A stretch of 64,000 nt of DNA from Planctomycetaceae bacterium (GTDB lineage Bacteria > Planctomycetota > PLA2): assembly GCA_052388375.1 (NCBI GenBank), contig JBQTIG010000035.1:3166-67165 (forward strand), read 5' to 3'. Shown piece by piece: positions 45,103 to 54,340 of this stretch (position 1 is the stretch's first letter; each line of letters begins with the position of its first letter). A program made the translations under genes and the position numbers. The notes beneath the pieces are model-generated. The model had not been told where the DNA came from, ran no database searches, and saw only the letters and a list, made by a program, of their open reading frames with translations.

Positions 45103-45815
45103 GCGGCCTCCGGTGCGCCGTCGAGTCTACCATCCAGGAGCGTCACGCTCCGGTGGGCCTGCGCCGCGAGATCACGATCATGGGTGACCAGGATCATCGC
45201 CTGCCCGCTCTCGCGGTTGATCTCCCACAGCAGATCGCGCACCCCCAGGGCGGTCTTGCGATCGAGGTTGCCGGTGGGTTCGTCGCAGAGCAGGATTTCG
45301 GGACGGTTCATGAGGGCGCGGGCGATGGCGACGCGCTGGCGCTCCCCTCCGGAAAGCTCCCCCGGCTTGTGACGCGACCGGTCGGCGAGTCCCATCCGCG
45401 TCAAGAGCTCGAGGGCGAAGGCCTTGCGCTCCCTCTTGTGACGCCGCCACGCGCCCCAGCCTTCCAGGACCAGCGTGGGCATCAGGACGTTCTCGAGCGC
45501 GGAGAACTCCGGCAGGAGGTGATAGAACTGGAAGACGAAGCCGAAGTGGCGGCTTCGCGCGTGGGAGGCGCTGCCCCCTCCCGTGGGCACCTCGACCCCG
45601 CGGAACCGGATCGTCCCGGCATCCGGTTCGTCCAGGAGGCCGAGGAGATGGAGGAGCGTCGACTTGCCGCTCCCGCTCTGGCCCACGATGGCCAGGATCT
45701 CCCGCTCCCGCAGGTCGAACGCGACGTCGCGCAGGACCTCGAGGGTCTGCCGGCCGATGCGGTAGCTCTTCCGGAGCTGCCGCACGGACAGAATCGGCTG
45801 CTGCTCGGCGCTCAC
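45099..45815 (-). CDS. lolD: Lipoprotein-releasing ABC transporter ATPase
   Basis: GQSGSGKS, GFVFQFYHLLPEFSALENV, LSGGE and DEPTGNLD. Confidence 0.9.
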   Translation of the reverse strand: MSAEQQPILSVRQLRKSYRIGRQTLEVLRDVAFDLREREILAIVGQSGSGKSTLLHLLGLLDEPDAGTIRFRGVEVPTGGGSASHARSRHFGFVFQFYHLLPEFSALENVLMPTLVLEGWGAWRRHKRERKAFALELLTRMGLADRSRHKPGELSGGERQRVAIARALMNRPEILLCDEPTGNLDRKTALGVRDLLWEINRESGQAMILVTHDRDLAAQAHRSVTLLDGRLDGAPEAA

Positions 45816-47197
45816 TCGTACCTCAGGGCGCTGACCGGGCGCAGCCGCGCCGCCCGAAGCGCGGGGATGAGGGCGAAGAGCATCGCGCTCGCCGCGGCCC
45901 CCACGGCGAATTGCAGTGCCGTGCCGTGGTCGACGTAGGCGGGGATGTAGTCGAACAGGTAGATGTCGGGGGGGAAGATGTCCCAGCCGAAGCGGTCGCG
46001 CAGGAAGCCGCGGATCGGGTTCACGTTGTTGGCCACGACCAGCCCGGCCACGTATCCCAGGGTGGCGCCCAAGAGCCCCACGAGCGTCCCGTTGAGGACG
46101 AAGATGGAGAGGATGCCCGCCGGGGTCGCGCCGAGGGCGCGCAGCACCCCGATCTCCCGCGTCTTTTCGACGACGGTCATGGTCAAGGTGGCGAAGATCG
46201 TGAAGCAGGCCACCAGGACGATGAAGAAGAGGACGAAGGCCAGGATGAACTTCTCGTTGTTCACCGCGGAGAGGAGGGGACGCTGCCGGTCCTCCCAGGT
46301 CTTGATCTGCTCCTCGGGATCCTCGGTGAGGCGCGGCTCGTAGGGCGTGAGCGCGCGGGCCACCGCGGGGACCACCCGCCGCGCGAGCGCGTAATCCACG
46401 AGCTTCATGCGCAGCTCGACGACCGCTTCCGTGCCCGCGCCGAACAGCTTGCCGCCGGTGCCCGCGAGGTCGACGTAGATGTGCTGCTGGTCATGCTCGG
46501 AGTTGTGCGAGTCGTAGATGCGCGAAACCACCACGTCCCGGTCGTCGTTTGCCCAGCGCGTCCGTCCCTCCTCGCGCACCTCCTTCACCGTGATCAGCTG
46601 GAAGACGTCCCCGGGCATGAGCTCGGTCCCGAACATGGCGTACCCGATGCGCTTGGCGAGCCAGCGGGAGACCACCACGCGCGGCGTCTCCTCCATCACG
46701 ATGCGTTCGCCGCCGGTCTCCACCTGGAACGGATCCTCCGGCTGCCCGGGCGCGGGCTCCATGTAGGCGAGGAGGTTGGAGATGGCGCGCTCATCCCCGG
46801 GCAGGATGCCCACGACCTCCAGATAGAGGAAGTTGCGCCTCCCGCCGCTCGAATCGCGCGTCTGCACGTTCACGAGGCCCAGCGTGTGTTTCTGGAGGGC
46901 GGCCGCCTGCACGCCGGGAACCGCCTCCACGGCGGCCTTCATCTGCCGGTACTCCGCCACGTTGTCGGGATGGATCTCCACGATCAGGTCGGAGAGCGTG
47001 CCGCGGATGATGTCGCGCAGCTCGCGCTGGAACCCATCCATGACCGCCATCACGACGATGATCGCCGCCACCCCGACCATCACGCCGAGGATGGCGATGA
47101 GGTTGATCTTGCGGGCGCGCAGGAGGCGGAACGCGACGACGAACCGGTAGGGGGCGGTGGCCGAGGGGCCGTCGAGCGCGTTCCTTGCGGGCGGCAA
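45812..47197 (-). CDS. Lipoprotein-releasing ABC permease, LolC/E family
   Basis: 'VMAVMDGF', 'EKTREIGVLRALGA', 'IFPPDIY' and 'PALRAARLRPVSALRYE'. Confidence 0.9.
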   Translation of the reverse strand: MPPARNALDGPSATAPYRFVVAFRLLRARKINLIAILGVMVGVAAIIVVMAVMDGFQRELRDIIRGTLSDLIVEIHPDNVAEYRQMKAAVEAVPGVQAAALQKHTLGLVNVQTRDSSGGRRNFLYLEVVGILPGDERAISNLLAYMEPAPGQPEDPFQVETGGERIVMEETPRVVVSRWLAKRIGYAMFGTELMPGDVFQLITVKEVREEGRTRWANDDRDVVVSRIYDSHNSEHDQQHIYVDLAGTGGKLFGAGTEAVVELRMKLVDYALARRVVPAVARALTPYEPRLTEDPEEQIKTWEDRQRPLLSAVNNEKFILAFVLFFIVLVACFTIFATLTMTVVEKTREIGVLRALGATPAGILSIFVLNGTLVGLLGATLGYVAGLVVANNVNPIRGFLRDRFGWDIFPPDIYLFDYIPAYVDHGTALQFAVGAAASAMLFALIPALRAARLRPVSALRYE

Positions 47198-47227
47198 GCG
47201 CCGCCAGTGTACCCGTGCCGGCGCGGG

Positions 47228-48241
47228 CTAGCGCAGCGACTGGAGCACGCGGAGGATCTCGTCCGGGTGGAGATCGGCGCGGGCGACCAGCGTCACGTTC
47301 AGGTCACCGACCTGCAACTCGTAGCTGTCGTGCGCGGGGATCTTGCTGCGCCGCACCACCGCGCCGCCGGGGACGGTGTCCCCCGCCTCCACGACGGCGC
47401 GCACTCGCTCGCTGCGGATCCAGCGGAGGATGTATTCGGCGCGCCGCTCCCCCATCCGCGCGACGAGCGCCTGCTCGTTCTGCGCCGGGGTGAGGATTCT
47501 CCTCTGGGTGATCTCGAACGAGGTGATCCCGTCGTCGTAGGTGGTGCGGGCCATGCCCCCGAAGGAATGGAGAAGACGGCTCGCGGACTCCTGGAATCCC
47601 GCCGGCAGGTAGGCGGGCCGCAGCGGCTGGAATCCGAGCTCCTCCGCGAACCGATCCGAAGGGCAGGCGGCGCCGTAGCGCGCGAGGCTGCCCGGGCGCG
47701 AAGGCTCCTCCACCGACTGCGGGGCGATCTCGACCTCCCGAAACGAGGTCGCGCGGTAGAGCGCGCCGTCCCAGCGCATCGTCGTCGTGGCCAGGGGCAG
47801 GCCCGTGGCGACGTCCACCGTGAGATGCACCGTGGGGCGCCCTTCGTGCAGCGGCTCCAGGTCCAGGAGGGTCGTACGCCGCCCGAGGAGGAACCCCTCC
47901 CCCACCGAGCGAATGCGGTAGTTGCGCGCGGCGCGGGCGGGATCGAGACAAAACGCCGCCGGATCGGCGGCACGGGAACTTGGCGACGGCAGGATGACCG
48001 GCCGCTCGTTCCAGCGGTACTCCGTCAGTCCGGTCGTGGCATCGTGGCGCACCCGTACTTCAGGGCCCCACTCCGTCTGGCGCCAGGCGGAGACGCCTGC
48101 ATAGCCGACCCGCAAGTGCGCCGTCGCGCATTCCCAGAGTTGCGCGCGCTCCTCCATGCGGGCCCGGTGCAGCGCTGCCCAGAGAGCGGGGGTCGTGACC
48201 AGGACGGCGAGGAGGACGGGAATCCCGCGGCGCACGGTCAC
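47228..48241 (-). CDS. MucB/RseB-like (LolA-fold) periplasmic protein
   Basis: 'NYRI...LLGRRT..LDLEP...VDVATGLPL...DG' and 'PAYLPAGF...YDDGITSF'. GTGA overlap with the upstream gene. Confidence 0.65.
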   Translation of the reverse strand: MTVRRGIPVLLAVLVTTPALWAALHRARMEERAQLWECATAHLRVGYAGVSAWRQTEWGPEVRVRHDATTGLTEYRWNERPVILPSPSSRAADPAAFCLDPARAARNYRIRSVGEGFLLGRRTTLLDLEPLHEGRPTVHLTVDVATGLPLATTTMRWDGALYRATSFREVEIAPQSVEEPSRPGSLARYGAACPSDRFAEELGFQPLRPAYLPAGFQESASRLLHSFGGMARTTYDDGITSFEITQRRILTPAQNEQALVARMGERRAEYILRWIRSERVRAVVEAGDTVPGGAVVRRSKIPAHDSYELQVGDLNVTLVARADLHPDEILRVLQSLR

Positions 48242-48549
48242 GGCACCTCCAGGTGATCGAACCCCGGCTCCAGACTCGCCGAGGGGGCGGCGGGGGCCGT
48301 GAAGGAGGGGACATCCACCACCCGGAGCTGCAGGTAGGCGGGCGCGACGGGCTCGCGGGGCCGGAATAGCGAAAGGGCGACGAGCCCGGCCGCGAGAGGC
48401 GCCAGCCCGAGCAGCAGGGCGCGGCGGCGTCGCCGTTCCCAACGCTGGAAGATCCGGCCGAGGGGCACCTCAGGAGGCGGGAACCGTCCCGCACCCCGGA
48501 GCAATCGGCTGATCGGGTCGTCACCACCCGGGAGCGTCGGCGCCGCCAT
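48238..48549 (-). CDS. Small single-pass membrane protein (anti-sigma-like topology)
   Basis: 'RRRRR' followed by a TM helix. ATG 2 nt after the gpmI stop. Confidence 0.55.
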   Translation of the reverse strand: MAAPTLPGGDDPISRLLRGAGRFPPPEVPLGRIFQRWERRRRRALLLGLAPLAAGLVALSLFRPREPVAPAYLQLRVVDVPSFTAPAAPSASLEPGFDHLEVP

Positions 48550-48551
48550 GG

Positions 48552-50078
48552 TTACTTTTGATGACGCGCAAGGGCCGAATCGAGTTCCCCGCCCCCGGCG
48601 GTGCGCAGGTCGGCACCCGTCATGACCGTGGGGACCGCCTCGCCGAGGAGTCCGAGCAGGGTTGGGGCGATGTCGCGCAACGTCCCTCCGCCTCTGAGGC
48701 CGCCTGAGGCGCCGTGAAGCCAGCAAGGCACCGGGTTGGTGGTATGCGCCGTGTGGGGTCCTCCCGTCTCGGGATCGATCAGGCACTCGGCATTGCCGTG
48801 ATCGGCAGTAACGAGGGCGGCCCATCCCTCAGCCTCCAGGGCGGCAAGCACATGGCCCAAGGCGCTGTCCACGGCCTCGCAGGCCCGCACCGTCGCCTCG
48901 ATGCTCCCCGTGTGCCCTACCATGTCCGGGTTTGCGAAGTTCAGGATGAGGCTGCGGTAGCTTCCTGACCGGACCCCCTCCACCGCCGCCGAGGCGACCC
49001 CGGCCGCGCTCATCTCGGGCTTCAAGTCATAGGTGGCCACCTTGGGAGAGGGAATCAGCACCCTCTCCTCCCCGGGGAAAGGGGTTTCCTCCCCCCCATT
49101 GAAGAAGTAGGTGACGTGGGCGTACTTCTCCGTCTCGGCCACGCGGAGGTTCGCGAGACCCCGCCGGCCGAACGTCTCCCCCAGCACGGCGCTGGGCCGC
49201 TGCGGGGGGAAGAGGCAGGGGAGCGCGGAATCCTCCCGGTAGGCGGTCATGGTGACCATGGCAGCCTTCGGGAAAGGCGCGCGCGCGAACCCTTGGAACT
49301 CCGGGGCGGTGAGCGCCTCGGTGAGTTGTCGCGCCCGGTCCGCGCGGAAGTTCGCGAAGAGGAGGCAGTCCCCGTCCCGGATGAGTCCCTCCCCGGTGGA
49401 GCAGGCCGGGAGGAACTCGTCGGTGGTTCCGGCCGCGTAGAACTCCTCCACCAGCGCTCCCGCGTCGGTGAACCGTTTCCCCTCGCCCGCGACCAGGGCC
49501 TGATAGGCGACGCGCGTGCGCTCCCAGCGCTTGTCGCGATCCATGGCGTAGTAGCGACCGCAGACCGTCGCCACGTTTCCTGCCGCCGCGAGCCGGCGGA
49601 CGAACCCAGCCCCCGACGTGGGAGATACATCACGTCCGTCCGTGAACGCGTGGAAGAAGAAGGGCTTGCGCGCGTCCCGCGCGGCCCTCCCGAGGGCGAG
49701 CAGATGGTCCAGATGGCTATGGACGCCGCCGTCCGAGGCCAGGCCGAGGACGTGCACGCGGTTCGCGGATCGCACGGCGTCCACCAGAGCGGCGGTCGCG
49801 AAAAACGAACCGTCCTCGATGGCATCGCCGATCCGCACCAGCGCCTGAGGCAGCACCCTCCCCGCTCCCAGGGTGAGATGGCCCACCTCGGAGTTGCCCA
49901 TCTGCCCCTCGGGAAGGCCGACGGAGCGTCCGGACGTGAGCAGCGTGGTGGAGGGGCAGCGGGCCTGCAGGCGATCCACCACCGGCGTGCGGGCCAGCCG
50001 CACGCAGTTCCCGGGGCCCGCCGGGGCGAGCCCCCAGCCATCCAGGATCAGGAGCGCGGCGCGAGGCGGCTGTTTCAT
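48552..50078 (-). CDS. gpmI: 2,3-bisphosphoglycerate-independent phosphoglycerate mutase
   Basis: ILDGWG, GQMGNSEVGH, GRYYAMDRD, ETEKYAHVT, DMVGH and TADHGN. Confidence 0.97.
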   Translation of the reverse strand: MKQPPRAALLILDGWGLAPAGPGNCVRLARTPVVDRLQARCPSTTLLTSGRSVGLPEGQMGNSEVGHLTLGAGRVLPQALVRIGDAIEDGSFFATAALVDAVRSANRVHVLGLASDGGVHSHLDHLLALGRAARDARKPFFFHAFTDGRDVSPTSGAGFVRRLAAAGNVATVCGRYYAMDRDKRWERTRVAYQALVAGEGKRFTDAGALVEEFYAAGTTDEFLPACSTGEGLIRDGDCLLFANFRADRARQLTEALTAPEFQGFARAPFPKAAMVTMTAYREDSALPCLFPPQRPSAVLGETFGRRGLANLRVAETEKYAHVTYFFNGGEETPFPGEERVLIPSPKVATYDLKPEMSAAGVASAAVEGVRSGSYRSLILNFANPDMVGHTGSIEATVRACEAVDSALGHVLAALEAEGWAALVTADHGNAECLIDPETGGPHTAHTTNPVPCWLHGASGGLRGGGTLRDIAPTLLGLLGEAVPTVMTGADLRTAGGGELDSALARHQK

Positions 50079-50131
50079 GCCACCCCCAAGGTAGCGGACA
50101 CGGCCCCCGACGGGAAAACTCGGTCGGGAGC

Positions 50132-50159
50132 TTGACCAGGATTCGCCTCCCCGTACGCT
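50132..50159 (+). promoter_or_regulatory. Promoter of rplC
   Basis: TTGACC-N16-TACGCT. Confidence 0.45.
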
Positions 50160-50224
50160 AGGTGGCTCAATCCAATCGCATGTACCGAAGAGGCGCGGCG
50201 ATGCTGCGCGGAGGGACCTCTGCC

Positions 50225-50935
50225 ATGAAGCTGAAGATGGGCCTGTTGGGCCGCAAGATCGGCATGACCCAGATTTTCGACGAGAAGGGCTGCATCGTAC
50301 CGGTCACCGCCCTCGAAGTCGGCCCCTGCAAGATCCTCCAGGTGAAGGCGCCGTCGAGCGACGGATACACCGCCCTCCAGCTCGGGTTCCACGACCGCCC
50401 GGCGCGCGACGTGAAGGAAGAGGTCATGAAGCGGGCCCAGGGGCGTCAGGCGGAGTACGACCTGCGCTACGAGCGTGTGACCCGGCCGGAGCGCGGACAT
50501 TTCTTCAAGGCCGATACTGCCCCCAAGTACTTCGTCAGGGAGATCCGGCTTCCGGAAGAGGAAGCGAAGGCGTTCGTCCAAGGCCAGGAGCTCAAGACCG
50601 ACCTCTTCGAGGTGGGCCAGTACGTGGACGTGGAGGGCACCTCGAAGGGTCGCGGCTTCACCGGCGTCATCAAGCGCCACGGCTTCTCGAAGTTCGGGAA
50701 CACCCACGGCACCCACCAGTGGCGGCGGCACGGCGGCTCCATCGGGTGTCGCAAGCCGCAGCACACGCGCAAGGGGACGCGCATGCCGGGCCAGCACGGC
50801 AACACGAAATGCAGCGTGCAGAACCTCCTCGTGGCGGCCGTGAAGCCGGAGCAGAACCTCCTCTTCGTGCGCGGCGGCGTGCCCGGCCCCAACGGGGGCT
50901 ACCTGCTCGTGCGCAGGGCGCTACGCCGCAGCTGA
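50225..50935 (+). CDS. rplC: 50S ribosomal protein L3, stand-alone copy
   Basis: GRKIGMTQIF, DGYTALQLG, VDVEGTSKGRGFTGVIKRH, GSIG, RMPG and VRGGVPG. GGAGG SD before ATG 50225. Confidence 0.95.
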   Translation: MKLKMGLLGRKIGMTQIFDEKGCIVPVTALEVGPCKILQVKAPSSDGYTALQLGFHDRPARDVKEEVMKRAQGRQAEYDLRYERVTRPERGHFFKADTAPKYFVREIRLPEEEAKAFVQGQELKTDLFEVGQYVDVEGTSKGRGFTGVIKRHGFSKFGNTHGTHQWRRHGGSIGCRKPQHTRKGTRMPGQHGNTKCSVQNLLVAAVKPEQNLLFVRGGVPGPNGGYLLVRRALRRS

Positions 50936-50963
50936 CCCGACGGCCCTGTCGGGGCGGTCTATC

Positions 50964-51551
50964 ATGGGGTCCATGCGCCTCTGGGTTGGAACCGGCCTAG
51001 CCGTCGCGGCCCTCGTGGTCGGCATCCTCCTCCTCACGCGCCCCGGGCCCGCGCACACGACCGGCGCCCCCGGGCCGAAGCCGCTCACTGATGCCGAGGT
51101 CGACATCTTCATCGATACGTTTCACGCGTTCCAGCAACTCGTGGACGAGCTCTATCTCGACTTCTCGCGCGGCCAGGAGGCCGAGCCCGGCGCGGCGGAG
51201 GGCCGCATGGAACAGGCGCTCGAAGCGCTCGCGCGGCGGCACAAGCTGGCTCCATCCGACCTGCGCGACAGCATCTGGCCTCGCGTGCGCCTCGCCCTAG
51301 AGGATGTGCGGTGGAGCCGGTCCGGTTCCGCACAGCGGGTGCGGGTGGAGGAGACCATCACGCGGCTCCAGGAGCAGCTGGACACCGCCCAGCTGGGCGA
51401 AACGGCGCGCGAATACCTGGAGAAGCAACTGGCGTTCTACCAGCAGATCAAGGATTCCGCGGGTCGCCGCGCCCTCGAGGCGGATCGCCAGCTCATCGAG
51501 AGACGCTTCGATCAACTCGATCCGATCGTCCCGAGGCAACTCGGAGGCTAG
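50964..51551 (+). CDS. Hypothetical membrane-anchored helical protein
   Basis: N-terminal TM helix and GC3-biased codons. Confidence 0.6.
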   Translation: MGSMRLWVGTGLAVAALVVGILLLTRPGPAHTTGAPGPKPLTDAEVDIFIDTFHAFQQLVDELYLDFSRGQEAEPGAAEGRMEQALEALARRHKLAPSDLRDSIWPRVRLALEDVRWSRSGSAQRVRVEETITRLQEQLDTAQLGETAREYLEKQLAFYQQIKDSAGRRALEADRQLIERRFDQLDPIVPRQLGG

Positions 51552-52581
51552 CGAGGACGCGCTCCACCGCGATGGCGCGCATGCAGGGGGGGTCGTCGCG
51601 ACTCACCCTGCAACTCCTCTCGCGACAGGGCGCGCAGGTGAGCCCCTCCCAGGCGGTGAGCGCTTCGCCCTGCCGCGGTCCCGTGCGGCGCGGATCCTGC
51701 GGACCCGACAGGCAGACCACGGGAAGCCCTGCCGCGCAGGCGAGGTGCAGCGGGCCTGAGTCGGGGGCGAGAAGGACGCTTCCCCTCCGCATCGCCATCT
51801 CGAGGAATTGCGCCAGAAGCCCGCGCCAATCGTCGCGCCCCGTCAGGTCGCATGCGCCCGGGGCGCGGCGCCGCAGCGCCGCCGCCTCCTGCGCCCTCGC
51901 CGCCGGGCCGTTCAGGACCACCTGCCAGCCCTCCTGCAGCGCCGCGGCGGCGGTTTCACCAAGCAGGTCGAGCGGCCAGGCGCGCACGTCGCGCGGATCG
52001 ACGATGGCCAGGGCGAGGATCGGGCGGTCGGGATCGCAGCTTGCGCTCTCCGCGCGCGTCCGCCACGCCTGGCGCTCCGCCGGCGTGGCGTGAAGCCCCC
52101 ACTCGTCCGGGCCCTCCCCCACGCCGAGGGCCGCCCCGGCGGCCCAGGCGCGCTCGATGCCGTGCGGCCCGCGGGCGCGGGGCCCGCGCCGGTTCGTGCA
52201 GAGCGCGTTCACCCACTCCTTGCAGTCGCCGAGGGCGAGCCCGGCGCGCACCGGGGCGCCGGAGAGCAACCCGATCACGCCGCTCTTGGCGTTGCCCTGC
52301 GGATCGACCACCGCGTCGAAGCGCCGCGCCCGCAGCTCCTTCGCGAAGCGCCACCAGGCCCGCGGACCCCCGTGACGCGGAAAGACCAGCACCTCATCCA
52401 CCGCCGGGTGGATCCTCAGGAGGAGCGCGGCGTTCTCCTGGGCGACCCAGGTGATGCGCGCCTCCGGGTAGGCGCGGCGGAGCCCCATGGCCAGCGGAAG
52501 GGAGTGGATGACATCGCCGATGGCGCTCAGGCGCAGGATGCCGAGGCGGCGCAGGGGAGGAGGCGGCAAGGGGTGCGGCAT
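51493..52581 (-). CDS. GT9 glycosyltransferase (LPS heptosyltransferase-like)
   Basis: RLSAIGDV, DPQGNAKS, DSGPLHLA and a C-terminal CAPC...C...C. Confidence 0.88.
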   Translation of the reverse strand: MPHPLPPPPLRRLGILRLSAIGDVIHSLPLAMGLRRAYPEARITWVAQENAALLLRIHPAVDEVLVFPRHGGPRAWWRFAKELRARRFDAVVDPQGNAKSGVIGLLSGAPVRAGLALGDCKEWVNALCTNRRGPRARGPHGIERAWAAGAALGVGEGPDEWGLHATPAERQAWRTRAESASCDPDRPILALAIVDPRDVRAWPLDLLGETAAAALQEGWQVVLNGPAARAQEAAALRRRAPGACDLTGRDDWRGLLAQFLEMAMRRGSVLLAPDSGPLHLACAAGLPVVCLSGPQDPRRTGPRQGEALTAWEGLTCAPCRERSCRVSRDDPPCMRAIAVERVLASLRVASGRSDRVDRSVSR

Positions 52582-52659
52582 GGTAGCACTCTCGAAACCC
52601 GGGGCCGGGGGCGGGGTTCATCTTTCGAAGCTGCGGGTCCGACCTTCGACAGGAGTGCC

Positions 52660-54324
52660 ATGAAAACGAGCGCCTATGTCCTCCTTCTCGCGACGCTGGC
52701 CTCCGGCGGCGCCTCCGGGGATCCCCTGGCCCCCCTCGACCCCCCGGCCTTCTCCATCGAACAGGCCGCCCACCTCCTGCGTCGCGCCGGCTTCGGCGGG
52801 ACGCGGGAGGAGGTTGCCGCGCTGCACGCCCGCGGGCTCGCGGGAGCGATCGACTCGCTGATCGACTGGGAGGGGAAGCCCGACCCGGGACTTCCCACCG
52901 TCGGGATCACGGTGACCGAGAAGCCGGACCGCTCGCTCTTGAGGGGATTGTCGGAGGAGGAACGGCAGAAAGCCCAGCAGGACTATCGCCGGCGCGACGG
53001 GCGCCAGCTCCTGGAGATCCGCGAGTGGTGGTTGCGCGCGATGGTCAAGAGCGCGTTTCCCCTGCGCGAGCGCCTGACGCTCTTCTGGCACGGCCACTTC
53101 ACCTCCAGCTACCGCGACGTGCGCGACTCCTACCACCTCTTCCTGCAGAACACGCTCCTCCGGCGCCATGCCGCCGGCAACTTCGCCGCCCTGCTCCACG
53201 CCGTCTCCAAGGATCCGGCGATGCTCGAGTACCTCGACAACCGCTCCAACCGCCGGCAGAACCCGAACGAGAACTACGCCCGCGAGGTGATGGAGCTCTT
53301 CACGATGGGCACGGGGAACTACACCGAAGAGGACATCAAGGAGGCGGCGCGCGCCTTCACCGGCTGGACATTTCAAGGCAACCGGTTCGTCTTCAACCGC
53401 CGCGACCACGATCCCGGAACCAAGACCTTCCTCTGGCGCAAGGGCGAGTTCGACGGGGATGACATCCTCGACATCATCCTGGCGCAGCCGGCCACGGCCC
53501 GGACCGTCGCCACCAAGATTTTCCGGTACTTCGCGCACGACGCCCCCTCCGCGGAGCTGAGCGACGCCCTCGGCGCGACCCTGCGCGACGCAAACTACGA
53601 GCTCCGGCCCCTTCTGCGCACGATCTTCCTCTCGAAGGAGTTCTACAGCCCGCGGAGCGTGGGCAGGAGCATCAAGGGGCCGGTGGAGTTCGTCGCCTCG
53701 CTCTACCGCTCCCTCGATCTGGACGTCCCGCGTCTCCCCATCCTCGCCGGCATCGCCACGAGCCTCGGCCAGTCGCTCTTCGACCCGCCCAACGTGAAGG
53801 GCTGGGACGGCGGGCGCGAGTGGATCACCACGAGCCACCTCCTCGCGCGCTACAACGTGGCCGCCGCCGTCGTCGGCCTCCCGGAGGACCGCTCCCGCGC
53901 CTCCCAGGGCGGGCGCCGCGCCCCTCCCCTCAAACAGCTGGACGGCAAGTCGCGCAACCGCCCGGAAGAGGGGGGCGAGATGGAGGGCGCAATGGAAGGC
54001 GAGGAGATGGGCCGGATGGCGGGGAGCGAGGAGGAGCGCGCCTTCGAACAGGCGCGCCGCGACTTCGCCCAGGGGCGCGCCATGAGCGGCACCTACGACG
54101 TCGCCGCGGAGGTGCGGCGGCTCGGCCTCTCCACCCAGGAGTCGATCGTGGACCACTTCACCGCGGTGCTCGTCGCCAATCCGCCCTCCCCGGCGCTGCG
54201 CGCCAGCCTCCTCGCAACCCTCGGCGGAGGAGGACCGCACGACCCCGCCAGCCCGCAGGCGACGCAGCGCCTGCACGCGCTCCTGCGCATGATCGTCAGC
54301 ACCCCGGAATTCCAGCTCAACTAG
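52660..54324 (+). CDS. DUF1800-domain protein
   Basis: AAHLLRRAGFG, ERLTLFWHGHF, PAMLEYLDN, PNENYARE, PPNVKGW and STPEFQL. Confidence 0.9.
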   Translation: MKTSAYVLLLATLASGGASGDPLAPLDPPAFSIEQAAHLLRRAGFGGTREEVAALHARGLAGAIDSLIDWEGKPDPGLPTVGITVTEKPDRSLLRGLSEEERQKAQQDYRRRDGRQLLEIREWWLRAMVKSAFPLRERLTLFWHGHFTSSYRDVRDSYHLFLQNTLLRRHAAGNFAALLHAVSKDPAMLEYLDNRSNRRQNPNENYAREVMELFTMGTGNYTEEDIKEAARAFTGWTFQGNRFVFNRRDHDPGTKTFLWRKGEFDGDDILDIILAQPATARTVATKIFRYFAHDAPSAELSDALGATLRDANYELRPLLRTIFLSKEFYSPRSVGRSIKGPVEFVASLYRSLDLDVPRLPILAGIATSLGQSLFDPPNVKGWDGGREWITTSHLLARYNVAAAVVGLPEDRSRASQGGRRAPPLKQLDGKSRNRPEEGGEMEGAMEGEEMGRMAGSEEERAFEQARRDFAQGRAMSGTYDVAAEVRRLGLSTQESIVDHFTAVLVANPPSPALRASLLATLGGGGPHDPASPQATQRLHALLRMIVSTPEFQLN

Positions 54325-54340
54325 CCAGAAGGAATCGACC

